Source: the human T2T-CHM13v2.0 reference genome, Homo sapiens. From it: 64,000 nt of DNA. Location of the stretch: assembly GCF_009914755.1 (NCBI RefSeq), contig NC_060930.1; one strand, 5' to 3'. Of this stretch, positions 1 to 20,080 are shown piece by piece. The position numbers and the translations under genes were made by a program. Position 1 is the stretch's first letter; the number at the start of each line of letters is the position of its first letter. Below the pieces are notes generated by a model. The model saw only the letters and a list, made by a program, of their open reading frames with translations. It made no database searches and had not been told where the DNA came from.

Positions 1-247
1 AGCAATTTGTTTTAAGAAAACATTTTGCAGGCTACTACTAACAATGGATACAATTTTATTAAATATCAATTGCAACATTATAAAGCAAAAAAAGTATAAT
101 TAGTCATAAAATATAACAAGAAATTATAAGTGTTGACAAAAAAGTTTGGTTTAAAACAAATGTACTTTAACATAATCTGGTTTGGTGAAGACCAAATGCT
201 TTAAAGGAAATGCCAATGCAACATAAAACATTGACCTGGTGTTGATT

Positions 248-1040
248 TCTTTTAATTTTTAATTTTGGTGGGTACACAGTAGGTATTTATGAGGTACATG
301 AGATGTTTTGATACAGGCAAGCAATGAATAATAATCATATCAAGAAGAATGGGTTATCCATCCCCTCAACTGTTTGTTACAAACAATCCAATTATACTTT
401 TACTTATTTTAAAATGTACAATTAAATTATTATTGACTAAAGTCAACCTGTTGTACTACCAAATAGTAGGTCTTATTCATTGTACCCTTTAACATCGCCA
501 CCTCCCCATACCCACCCTACTACCCTTACCATACTCTAGTAACTATTGTACTACTCTTCAATTTCAATGATTTTCAATTCAATTGTTTTGAGTTTTAGAT
601 CAGTTGTTTTGATTTTTAGATCTGATATGGTATGGCTGTGTCACCACCCAAATCTTATCTTGAATTGTAGCTCTCATAATCCCCATGTATTGTGTGAGGG
701 ACCCAGTGGGAGGTAACTGAATCATGGAAGTGGATTTTTCCCATGCTGTTCTCATAATAGTGAATAAGTCTCACGAGATTTGATGGTTTTATAAAGGGTG
801 GTTCCTCTGCATGCACTCTCTTGCCTGCTGCCATGTAAGACATGTCTTTGCTCCTCCTTCATCTTCCATCGTGACTGTGAGGCCTCCACAGCCATGTGAA
901 ACTGTCAGTCCCTTAAACCTCTTTTTCTTTATAAATTACCCAGTCTCGGGTATTTCTTCATAGCAGTATGAAAATGGACTAATACGAGATCCCGCAAATA
1001 AGTGAGAACATGTGATGTCTGCCTTTCTGCACCTGGGTTT
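248..1040 (-). mobile_element. L1MA-type 3' end fragment, split by a THE1 LTR
   Basis: L1MA 3'UTR-like sequence (ggtacatgagatgttttgatacaggca...; agatcccgcaaataagtgagaacatg) continues on both sides of the LTR. Confidence 0.7.
623..986 (+). mobile_element. THE1 (MaLR) solo LTR, THE1B/C-like
   Basis: tgatatggtatggctgtgtc...ataaattacccagtctcggg...ggactaatac; 5-bp TSD AGATC at 618-622 and 987-991; strand given relative to the recalled consensus. Confidence 0.88.
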
Positions 1041-1282
1041 CTTAAAACTCTCAAAAGTAGAATTAACTCTTTCTCACTGGAACACTCTTTTGCTAATTCA
1101 GTAAAAATGTTCTGGAACAGCATTTCTCAAAGCAAGTTCTATTAATAATTGTTCTATGAAAGAATGGATCTGTGTTCAAGTAAGTTTGGAAAATGCTAAG
1201 TTTATAATGTTAAATAAATTAACCTTCCTGCAAAGCACTGTAATCTCTATTATATATATATTTTCCCCCAATGTGCTTCCTC

Positions 1283-1435
1283 TTTTTTTTTTTCTTTTTT
1301 TGAGATGAGGTATTGCTCTATAAACCCAGGCTGTAGTGCAGTGGCACCACCACGCTCACTGTAACCCCAACCTCTAGGGCTCAAGTGATCCTCCCACCTC
1401 AGCCTCCTGAGCAGCTGCACCCCCAGCTAATTTTG
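1283..1435 (-). mobile_element. Alu monomer (FRAM/AluJ right-arm-like)
   Basis: poly-T then gagatgagg...cccaggctgtagtgcagtggc...ctcaagtgatcctcccacctcagcc. Confidence 0.8.
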
Positions 1436-4145
1436 TTTATTGTCTTTATTATATTGACATGAATTAGGAATCACTCTTAAAGATCAGACTACATGACCAT
1501 CTGAGTATAGAATTATGTCATTCATTCAGCAGCTCCCCAAAATATTGTTCTGCTACACACACACACACAAACACACACTGGGCCAACCTGTTCTAGAGTA
1601 TAATAAAAGTTTAAATTTCAAATATTTCTATTGTTTTCATTTTCACTCACAAAGTAAGAATACAGACAAAACAAAGACCTCCCAGAATCATAAAATTAAA
1701 TAAGCTTTTGGTTTTATCAAAAAGCTAACTACTGGACAAACTACATGTATCAAGATACTTTACATGGTATACTTCACAATATTAAAATTCAAATTTACTT
1801 TGAAAAGAACTTCCAAACTCTATAGAAGTAACAAACCTTTTATGTAAAAAAATAGTAAACTTTTTTTAGTTATGCATCTACATGGAAAAATATCAAAAAA
1901 TATATATTTATGTTAACAGATATCATTAGGAGATTTTTAAGATTCATATATGTAAAAATCTTATTGTTGGAATACAATACAAAAGTAATTTATCAAGAAT
2001 TTTTCTATTAGGTCTGGAACTGCTATTAAACAAAAAACCACTAGTGATTTAAAATTGGTTTGAGTGAATGTTTATTTTCACTTGGCCAAAATTTTGTTAT
2101 GACAAATGGTATTTCCAAATAATTAAAAAAAAAAACTTCTTTGTACAACAAGTTAAAAATACAGGTGGAATACTTTTGTGCTTCTGAACTTTCTAGTACT
2201 TCTACATTTCTTTTATCAATTTTCTTCCTTAGACGTAATGTATGTTTCTCTATTTTCAACTTTTAATTTAATTTAATTTAATTTAACTTAAGTAATTCAG
2301 TAAAAGCTTGCAAGTGCGAGACTTATGAGAAAAAATAAACTTTCTTAATAATCTTTGAGATACGTCTTAATCACTATTCTGTGATTATTTTGTCTGTTGT
2401 TCATTAGCATTAGAATAATAAAATTGTAACCTTCACTCAATAAAGTCAACTGGGCTTATGGAAACTCCCTTCTCTCAGTTCAAAAGTATAAAAAGATGAG
2501 AAAATATTTAAAATAGTAACGTTATACATGTATATACACTAAGGGAATTGAATGATGAAAATATCTGATTCTAAGGCTGGGCTTCTCTCAAAGTTTTGGG
2601 GTCAAACTGCTTTAATTTGCAGATTATATCATTGCCTACACAGAAAGTCAAAGAGAATTTACAGATAATCTATAACTATTAGTAAGAATACTTAGCAGGG
2701 TTGTGGGATATAATATGAATAAAACCAAGTGTTCTTATACTCCAACAACAGCCATTATGAAATATAAAAATTTTTTTTAAAAATAGTGACAAATAATACA
2801 AGATATCTGGAAATTAATCTTTTAAAATGTACAAGACCTATGACGAAATACATTTTTGAAGAGCTTTAAAAGAGACTTAAAAACTGGAAAATATGCAATG
2901 CTCACAGATGGAGAGACATAATAAAGGTGTTAACTTTGTTCAAAGTATTGCAGAAACATACTTCTAATAAAAACCCAAACAGATCTTTTGATGTAATGAA
3001 AGAGTCCAATTTCAAAATTAAAATGTTCAGTAAGTAGCTATGGCTATTCTAATATATGAGAATAAAATAATGAGGCTGAATTTGCTTTATAATCAAGACT
3101 TATACTAAAATGATAGTAATTAAAACAGTGTAGTCCTCAAGGAGGGCCAGATACAGATATACACACACAAACACACACACACACACCACCACCAACAACA
3201 ACAAACACAGCTCAGTAATAGCCACAAGACAACACTAGAATTGAGAATATGGCAAAGATAATATTATAATTCACTAGAAAAGGCTAGAGAGATGATGACA
3301 AAATGGCTTTCTTTAGGTAAAGAAATAAAATAATAACCCTGCTCTTACCAAAGTAACAATAAAAATCCAGAGAGACTTAAGACTTAAATCTAAAAAATAA
3401 AACTTTAAATCATTCAGAAGAAAAATGTGGAAGAACTTCATACACTTGGGATAAACTGGGATTTTCAAAAAAGCACAATGAACAAAAAAGGCACAAACCA
3501 CAGAAGTTTATAAATTTGACTATCTTATAATTTTAAGTCTATATGGCTGAACAAGATATTGTAGAAATCTTTCATCTTATTCTTGCTTATTACACCTAAT
3601 AACCCTAGACAAAATGCATGAAACAGACATCAGAAGATTCTGAAAAGTGAAAAAAGAAGTAGGACTGGATAGGGACATCAGGAAAGAGCTGGCAGGGAGT
3701 TCCTGGAGTTTCTTTCTGTGTATTCCAGACTGGTGAAGAAGCCCACAACTCAGAAAGTCAATGGGTGCAGAACTAACTCCCCAAACAAACAAAATAAGAC
3801 TTCTCTTTCTATACAAAGGACTGAGAGGGGGCACCAAAGAGAAACAGAATCTTTTTGACAACACCAGCCAAACACCACAGAGAATGAAAGTGCTCCTCTC
3901 CCAACTCACTGTGTGTGAAGACTGGCACTGATGGGTGGGAACATGTGTAAAAAGAGTATCGGCTACCATCCCACCCAGGAGATTTAAATAGGAAGCCCTC
4001 TGATATCATAATACTCAAAAAGTCCAGGATGCAACTGAAAATAACATGCCTACCAAGAGCCAGGAAAATATCAACTCAAATGAGACGATACATATAGCAG
4101 ATGCTAACTCTGAGATGACAAAGATGTTGGAATTATCTGACAAGA

Positions 4146-6440
<2,295 letters not shown>

Positions 6441-7122
6441 CTGACAAGACTTTTAAAGTAATTATCATAAAAATCCTTCAAGGAGCAATTTCAAACACCC
6501 TTGAAACAAATTAAAAAATAGAAATGTCTCAGCAAGGAAATAGAAGATAGTTTTAAAGCCTAATAGAAAGTTCAGAACTGACAAGCATAATAACCTAAGT
6601 TAAAAACTAATTGGAAGAGCTCAACCACAGAATGTAGACAGCAAAATAAAGAATCAGTGGCGTCAAACATAGACCAAAAAAATCATCCAGACAGAACAGC
6701 AGAGCGAGAACAGATTGGAAAATAAAACAAAACAAAATATCTAGATCTCATTGTCCTGTGGGATAATAACAAAAGATCTATTCCCATCAGCAAAATCCAA
6801 AAAGTAAAGGAGAAAACATGACGGGTTGAAGAAATAAAGGCTGGAAACTTCCCAAATTTGACAAAGGACATAAACCTGCAGATTCAAGAAGCTGAGCAAA
6901 CACTCAACAGGATGAACTTAAAAGAAATTTACATCTAGGCAGCTCATAATAAAACTGTTGGAAACTAAAGATAAAGAAAGAATCTTGAATCTTTAAAGAA
7001 GCCCAAGAGAAACAACATATTAACTATAAGAGAACAATAATTTGAATGGAGTGAATTTCTCTTCAGAAACCACAGAGGTCAGAAGAAAACTGGCATACTT
7101 TTTAAGGGCTGAAAGAAAAGAA

Positions 7123-7425
7123 GGCCTGGCATGGTAGCTGATATCTATAATCCTAGCACTTTAGGAGGCCGAGGGAAGAGGACTACTTGAGCCAGGAGTT
7201 TGGGAATAGCCTGGGCAACATGGCAATACCTCATTGCTACAAAAAATAACGATTACCGGGATGTGGTGGCATGCGCCTGTAATCTCTGCTATTCAGGAGG
7301 CTGAGAGGAGAGGATCGCTTGAGCTCAGAAGGCTGAGGCTGCAGTGGGCCATTACTGTGCCACTGTAGTCCAGCCTTGGTGACAGAGTGAGACCTTTTCT
7401 CTAAAGAATAAAAATATAAAAAATG
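7123..7425 (+). mobile_element. AluJ
   Basis: Dimeric Alu with A-rich tail; TSD-like aagaaaagaa/aagaatagaa. Confidence 0.9.
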
Positions 7426-9371
7426 AAGAATAGAACTGACAACCTACGAATCTATTTCCAGCAAAAATGTCCTTCAGGAATGGAAGTGAAATAAAGACAT
7501 TCTCAGATTTTATGCAGAAAGGCAGCAACTGCCAGTAAGAATTGGAGTTTGGAGATTATTGGCCCAAGGGTATAATCCAACATGCATGACTATGGCTGCA
7601 CAAAAAGAGGAGAGAAAACTACAGCTTCATTGGTGAAAGGTGCCCAAAATCAGAGCTCAGAGCTGGGACTCAGAGCTAGTAAAGTAGCTTGAAATTTAAA
7701 GCGAAAAGCCCAATGCCAGGCAGAGAACTAAACAGTACATTTATGGGACTTAAGCATATAATTTATAGATATACAGATAAAACTGCATATACAATATCTG
7801 CCCCTATCTCCAACTACCCTTTATTCCCACCCTTATCCCATATATTGAAATAATCAATAGACTACATACCATAGGAAAAATCCCCTTGAAAGAAGAGTAG
7901 ATCAGAGCAGTGTGACATCGAACACTGCCTGTGATCTGAGCTCATGTGTATACACAACACCCACACCCTGTCAACCACAATTGCTGGAGCTTTGATCTAG
8001 CAGAGTAATACAAAGAAAATTCAGATTTGCCTTTGCAATTGCTTGGGCCTAAGAGATCTGAACAGAATTTCCCTCTATCCTCAACCAAAAAATAAACAAA
8101 AACAAAACCTGAAATAACCTATCTCAACTCCCAAAGGTACACAGGTAAACGCCTCCCCCTACGAGGATGAGCAAACAAATATAAAAGAAGAGAACAATTT
8201 CAGAACTCAGAGCAAATGCTTTGCTTTAACACAGTTACTGCCAGGACAGGAGAAATCTCTAACCAGTGTTTTCACTGATGTTCAAAGGAACACTGCTCAA
8301 TGGAACCACTGAAAAGTACAGTGAACATTGTAAAATAGTAACTCTTCATCAAGGATACATTTAGAGGGAGAAGTTTGAAACCAATGGTAGATATAGAGTA
8401 ATGGAAAATAAGGTTGGAAAAGTAGATAAGTGTTTTAACCAATGACAAATTTATGGTGTTTTTCAAAGTTGCACAAAATTGCTTTTTAGCTGTACACCAA
8501 AAAGGTATTTGTTGTCTATACTGTTTCTCCTAACAGTAAATCTTATAATTATATAATTCTGTCTTGTAAAAGGAAATTTTATATTCAAACCTCAATAAAA
8601 TCATAACTGCTGCTATACCTGAAGGTCCCTAGTGAACCACAAAATACATCACATCTCATATTATACTTAATTTATACAAGATTCTTAACAAGCTAGGTAG
8701 TTGGACTTAATTCAATAAGCAATAAAGAACCAATGAAAGTTTATGAGCAAGAGAGTAATATGATCAGAATGGCATGGCAGAAAATTTGCAAATGAGATTA
8801 ATTTGCCTTCCTATATTTAAAAAAAGATTAACAATACGGAGAAAGTTAGAAAAAATCACAAGGCAAATTTAAGATTATATTTGATTTAATCAATGCTGAT
8901 TATTGGGAAACTTATTTACCAAAAATATATAACATGAATAATTAAGAAGCTTTAAGAAAATTACAAAATGAAAGTGAGGAAAGCAAGAAATTCAAACTCC
9001 ACAAAAAAAGTTGAATATGTATGTACTCCCACATTCTTTACATAATTCTCTGCTTTGCTTTCTCTATAGCCTAATCTCAAAGGCAGTGACAGCAGAACAG
9101 GTTTTAATCTGTAAGAATCTGTGAGAAGGGTAGAAGAACAGGGTAAAAAGATTAGAAACTATATAGTTTCAGTTCTACAAAAATTATCACCTGCAGAATT
9201 AGAGCAAGCACAAAAGGTTCAATTAATAAACTATTTCTGAGGCAAAGCACATAGTCCCTGCCCTTACACAGTCAAAAATTACTGACGAAGGATACAGAGT
9301 CTAGCAAAGTGCAAAAATGGGCAAATGGGTAAGAAATAGATGTTCATAAACCTTTTGAAAATACATAAATC

Positions 9372-9863
9372 TGTAGGAGATCGGTCAGGGTGGTGGGAAA
9401 AGTTAACAGGGAAAGGCTCAAAACTTCTTGGAAGGCGGGAGGTTTTGCAAAGCTTCGGGAGAGAATAAAAGCTGAAGGCGGCTAATTCTCTTACCCTGAA
9501 GCAGAGGGCAAAGGGTAGACAACAAGGGAATGTAAGGGAACCTTAGATCTAGATAAAATGGTTTACTTATGTCTCTGGAAACCAATCTTTGATCATGTGT
9601 ACACAGGACTGCTATCTACTTGGGTGGTCCACAATGTTAATTACCCACAAATTGTGTTTGCTTCAAGCCTTTGTCATTAAATCTGTACTAAATAAATGCA
9701 AATGTCCCCCGCTTATTGGGGCTGCACTCTCATTGGCAGGGCTGCACTCTCATCAGTGATGCTAAGCCGTGCAGTCCCCTAGCCATGGTCTCAGGCAAAA
9801 TACCTGTGTCTGCATACTTCTTACATCCATTGCTTGGCCAGAGTCTGCAGGACAGACTAGGCA
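9372..9863 (+). mobile_element. ERV solo LTR, LTR22 (HERV-K HML-5)-like
   Basis: TG...CA ends (tgtaggagatcggtcagggtggtggga...actaggca), internal AATAAA, near-perfect 6-bp TSD taaatc/taagtc. Confidence 0.75.
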
Positions 9864-10771
9864 TAAGTCTAAGTAGATTTTTTTGGTTTTACTTTCTGCT
9901 CCTGTAAAATGGAGGTACTACCCAGTAGGGTTCTTGTGAAGACTCAGGGAAGTTGCACATATGCATTTAGCATAGTGACTAACTCATAAATTGAATTTAA
10001 ATGTTATCTCCCTTGTCTTTCCACAAACATTCTTGCATTAGCATCAGTAACATAGTTGGATATAGGACAAGAGCAATCAAAATTTTACTTGAGAGTGATT
10101 CAGGTTTTTAACACTACATCAGGTCCAAAAGCACAGACTTTGTGCACTAGGTATTATTTTATGAATATAAATGAATGGTGCTACAGGATTCGGGGAAGAA
10201 GTAAATACAGAATTTGAACTGGGTTTTAAAGAATGGGCAAGATTTGGACAAATGTCAATAGATAAAGGAAGATACTAAGGAAAAGGAGAAAACACATGAG
10301 GAAACTTACTAAAAAGCAATGTTCATTTAAGAAAATATTATTTGAGCAATGCTATTTTAGAAAAAGCAAAAATGGCCTGACTATAGTTTATATTGAGAAG
10401 CATCTGGGAGATAAGGTTGAAAACCAGGCTGGATGTAGACAATAAAAAGAATCTGATGTCATATATAAGGCACTTTCACCTATCATAGTAGTTTTCAAAT
10501 TGTTTTGGCTTTGGGACTCCTTTGTAATCTTTAAAATTATTCAGGTCACAAAGAACTTTGTCTTTTTGAATTAAATCTATCAATATTTCTATTTATTTAT
10601 TTATTATTTATTGAGATGGAGTCTCACTCTGTCACCCAGTCCTCCCTACTTCATGACCTAATCTAAGTCCAATTATCTCCCAAAGGCCTCACCTCCAACT
10701 ACAATTACTTGTGGACTAGGGCTTCAACATATAAATTGTGTTTGCGGGGTCGGGGAGATGATATGTAAACA

Positions 10772-11737
10772 TTCAGCCCATATGTGTGACCTTATTTGAA
10801 AAAAGGATCTTTGCAGATGTAATTAAGGAAAGGTTGTTAAGATGAGATCATCCTGACTATGGTGGGCCCTAAATCCAATGACTAGTATCCTTAAAAAAGG
10901 GGAGTAGGGGAAAAGATAAGCGGGCGAAAAGGTCACATAGATGGAAGCAGAGCTTGGAGTGATGAATCTACAAACCAAAGAATGCCAAAAATTTCCAGCA
11001 GCCACCAGAAACTAGGAGGCATAGAACAGATACTGTCTCAAAGCCTCCAGAAGGAAACAACTCGGCTGACACCTTGATTTCAGACTTCTAAACTCCAGTA
11101 CTGTGAGAGAATTAAGACAGTTGTTTTAAGCCACTGTAGACCAATGATAAAATTCTAAGCCCCCCAACCATCTGAATGGACCCCTCCTCTTACAAAGGCA
11201 TTCCAAAGATAACCTGAAAAACTAGTTCAGGCCATGATGGGAAGTAAGAGCAGGACATGCCTCATTATACTCTCCTTCCTTTTGGAATTACTGATAGAAC
11301 AGACTTTTTTAAGTCTGATAAGAAACATTTACAAACTATTCTCACTGAATAGATCAGCTTCATCGGCATGATAAAACCTTGGTCTCCACATTCCTTTCTT
11401 TAGATAATAACTCAACCAACCGCCAATCAGAAAATCTATACATCTACCTATGTCCTGGAAGCCCCCACTTCAAATTGTCCTGCCTTTCCAGACCAAACAA
11501 ATGTATATCTTACATGTATTGATAGATGTCTCACGTTTCCCTAAAATGTATAAAGCCAAGCTGTACCCCAATCACATTGAGCACATGTCATCAGGATCTC
11601 CTGAGGTTGTCACTGCTGCATCCTTAACCTTGGCAAAATAAACTTTCAAAATTGATTGAGACCTGTCTCAGATACTTTTGGTCTATACCACCAAGCTTAT
11701 GGTATTTTGCTATGGGGGCCCTAGGAAATTAATTCAC
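10772..11737 (+). mobile_element. MLT1C-like MaLR LTR interrupted by a MER4-family LTR
   Basis: ctttgcagatgtaattaag...gccaccagaaactagga...gttttaagccac | caagcttatggtattttgctat. Confidence 0.75.
11135..11687 (+). mobile_element. MER4-family (ERV1) solo LTR
   Basis: tgtagaccaatgataaaattctaagccccccaacc...aaataaactttcaaaattgattgagacctgtctcagatacttttgg; 4-bp TSD CCAC at 11131-34 and 11688-91. Confidence 0.8.
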
Positions 11738-12479
11738 ACCCCAATCACATTTTAAATCAACATCTGCCCATTGTTTAAAAAGTTCTATTATCTATTTTCC
11801 ATCAAACTATGAATTTTTCCATTAATATCTGGTCATCCACTATTTTATTTTTTTAAAAACACAATGAACTTCACCTTACTTATATATTGCTTTCAATACT
11901 AATCATCTAGTTGAAACCTAAATATTTTTTCTTACTTAGTCATAAGATTTTTGAAGACAGAAACTGTGTCTTAAGTGTCTTTATTGTCAGGTATTCATTC
12001 ATTTCGTCTAATATAGTGCTATATACAGTGCATGATTTAATAATAATAACTTTGCATTTGATGAAATAATGAATGACCAAAAAGCTTATTATATGTTAAG
12101 CCATTCTTATGGAATAGTTTGGAATACTAGTGCAATCATTTTAAGATCTATATATGTCCCTCCTCTTAAAATTAAACTCTGGTATTATTTATATCCTCAT
12201 CCCTACTATTTTAAAAGAATAGCCTTACTGCCCATAGACTTGGAACCTAACCATATTTGAGATGCAGTAAGAATTACAGGAGTTAGAAGGGATACCAGAA
12301 AACAAAGAACCAGCAAAAACTCTTTGTAGTACAGAGACAAGATGTGGTTACAAATAAAAGTTCACTATATTATGTTTGTATTATGTATTCTAGTTATTTA
12401 AGATATAGTCATTTAATAATTTTCACAATTACCTAAAAAAAGAATGGTATTAAACAAAAAATCTAGGTAAACAACATAC

Positions 12480-12620
12480 CTGAGTTCGTAAAATTTCACT
12501 TTTGGACAACTGCATGTCACCAGTCAATTCTTTCACAATGATGCCTAGTGGCTCTAGACGTCTGCTGAAGTAATCTGTCATTTCAGCTGCCAAGGCTTTC
12601 ATTGGAGCAACATATACAAT
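12480..12620 (-). CDS. ASCC3: ASCC3 coding exon (likely exon 10), 141 nt: [47 protein letters not shown]; helicase motif Ia
   Basis: Acceptor ctttggtatag|ATT, donor ACTCAG|gtatgt; YVAPMKAL and LTGD motifs; phase 0 to 0. Confidence 0.97.
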
Positions 12621-13059
12621 CTATACCAAAGGAACACTAGCTTGATTAATGAGCAAAAACTACCATGTCATTTGTCTTACAGTAGCCAATACAAGTCACA
12701 ATTTATTGTGAAATATGTTTCTAACTACTTCCAGTGAAAAATCTTAATAGTGATATATTAAAAGTCTTATCTTTGTGAGATATGTGTGTAGCTGTTTAAA
12801 GGACAATAGAATTTGTTTACACAGCTACATCACTTTGAAAATTGTATAGATGTATTTTCATAGCTTCTTACATGGTAATAGAATTTTCATAACACAAATA
12901 AGAACTGCCTTAATAGTAATGAAGTAAATCAAACAGTATTACTTATCTGACTTCAAGTACAATATCTTTAAGAACTTTCAAATTTCATGTAATATTAAAA
13001 CTGCAAATTTATTTTATTCCTTACAATTTAAAAAGCTGTTGTCTGATTTATTTACTTAC

Positions 13060-13260
13060 CTTAAATTCATTCTTTTTGATAACACCTTGTTGAAAATGTT
13101 GGCGAATTTCATGCAAGACTGTCAGCATTGCAATGTTGGTTTTTCCAGCTCCTGTAGGGGCACAAATCAGCATGTTCTCATTGGTGTTGTAGGCAGTCTC
13201 AAACACTATTGACTGGATTCTATTGAGTCTCTTCATTCCTTTAAAAGCCAGCTGTCCGAT
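13060..13260 (-). CDS. ASCC3: ASCC3 coding exon (likely exon 9), 201 nt: IGQLAFKGMKRLNRIQS...CAPTGAGKTNIAML...KKNEFK; Q-motif and Walker A (motif I) of the first helicase cassette
   Basis: Acceptor gcctttttttttag|ATC, donor TTTAAG|gtaagt; LNRIQS and APTGAGKT are Ski2/Brr2-family motifs; overlaps ORF 13048..13236. Confidence 0.97.
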
Positions 13261-13456
13261 CTAAAAAAAAAGGCATCACCCGTTATAAATAGTAACAATG
13301 TGAAGGACCCATACAAATCATTATGTGTTAACATTTATTTCCTTTGTTTTTTAAAAAAAAGACTAATTTGTACTTTCACAATGTGTCTTTTATTTAAACG
13401 GAGGTATATGCAGTTGAGAATAACTGAAAAATATTGTACAATTCAAGTATACTTGA

Positions 13457-13884
<428 letters not shown>

Positions 13885-14299
13885 TTAAATACAGGTATTT
13901 TTTGAGTTCATATTCATTTATAAATTTCATGATGATGTTCTAATTTATCTAGTCTAAAGATGATTAATGAAACAGCAAACAAGATACTTCTTGAAGATGT
14001 AAATTAATCGCAAATTCTATTTCATATGTTTATAAAAAAACCTTTTTTTAAAACGCAGCAGTAATAGTAGGAACAAAAGCCATAGACTACACTTTGTGAC
14101 ACAGAGTTTGCACTGCAACATGTGAGGTGTAGAATATATGATATTATTTTGTTTAATCCTCAAAACAATTCTATGGTGTAGGTACTCTTATTACTTCCCT
14201 TTAATCAAAAAGAAACTAAGACACAGAGCGGTTAAATAATTTTTACCTAAAATTTTCCTATATAAAAGTCTTAGATGAAAACTAAAAGGCCTAAAAGTA

Positions 14300-18470
<4,171 letters not shown>

Positions 18471-20080
18471 ACTTTCATTTGGACAAAAGATATACTCAGA
18501 AGAGATCACAGTAGTATCTCTTAGGCCTAGAAGCTCTTAGGCAGGCCAATTAAACATCTGAGAGTACCACTGATACTTTCTTCACCAATTTCTCCTGATC
18601 ACTTAGCCTCGGAAGGACAGTACAGCACATTTTTCAGGATACTGGGCTTACAGTCAGAGACCCAAGTTAAAATACTGGCTTTGCCACTACTTGCAATATA
18701 ACTTTTAAGAAACCTAAGATCTCTAAATTTTATTTTCTCCTCTGCAAGGTAATACTGCAAGTATGACCCGCAGGTAACTTAAGATCTCTAAATTCAATTT
18801 CCTCATCTGCAAGGTAATATTGCAAGGTAAAGGTGTTATCTTTATAACACAAGGAAGTTACAAAAATTAATTTTAAAATAGCTAACAATTATGGAGTGCT
18901 TACTATGGGCTAAGCACAGGAGTCCTTTACATAAAATATCCTAATTATTTCTATAGCCATACCAGAATATTTTATAGATGAGGAAACTGAAACTTGAGAA
19001 AGCTTGTTTAAGTTCACACAACTATAAATGGTAGAGCTAGTATTTGAAGTCATATAACTTCAAAAGCTGAGTCTTTAATTAGATAATATTTATAAATCAT
19101 ATACTATAAACCATACACAGAGATGGTACTTGTTAAATATGTTGAAATAAATTAATGGTAGCTATTATTATTACTATCATATATCATTTCATTTTTATAC
19201 GAGGTTTCCTAAAATAGTGCTATGAATGAATGCAGCTATTTCCAGTTTTTATAGACTTATGACAAGAAACAGAGTATACTATTCCTAAACTACAAATCTG
19301 ATCATGTCACATTCCAGCTTACAAAATGTTCCAAGACTTCTCATTGACTCTTCATTACCATTCAAGTTTAAGCTCAAAAGCAATTTCTGGTTCTCTCCAA
19401 TTCCCTAAACAATTGTTATCTTTACTTCTTTGTGCTTCAGCATATTTTAGAAGATTTAAGGAACTACCGTAGCTTCTCTCAACAACTAGACACTCAGACA
19501 ACCCTCTTTATGTATTATTATTATGACCCTTAACCACAAATATTGAAATGAGTCTTTTATATGTATTTCTGACCCATTAGATTGAAACTAAGGATTCTGT
19601 TTTTTATTACTCTTTGTATTACTCCAGTACCTAATCAATTGCCAGGAACATAATAGGCTACTAAATAAATTTTTATTGAATGATTTTATGCTGGCTACTT
19701 GGAAAAAGAACTATAATTAAATGAGGGGAAAAGTTTAAAGATAGATATACACTGCATACATAATGTCCTCCAAAGAAATACTAAATTGAATCTAGCCAAA
19801 ATATGTAGCATTTTAGCAAAAGCCCTATATTCAACTTTCAGTAAAAAACCTATTTCTTTGTTTTTGAAGGTTATAGTTCAAGAAATAAATAATCAGAAGA
19901 ATATACTAACAAACAAAACCTATTACATAGAGGTTTATAACATTCTAATCGATTCAACATTCATTTACTGATTGTTATTGTACTAAGTTCTGTCAATACA
20001 AATATTTGTTTTCATAACAAAAGTCAGACAATATTTAAAATGATCCTTAAAACTGACTAGTTTCTGGGTTTTGCTGATGA

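Noticed and set aside
12425-12445. Minus-strand ttctttttttAG|GTAATT resembling a recursive splice site
   Set aside because: Only ~47 nt from the exon 10 donor, too short for an intron; at most a cryptic donor
13048-13236. 62-aa stand-alone P-loop ORF
   Set aside because: It is ASCC3 exon 9 read from an internal Met and through the donor site
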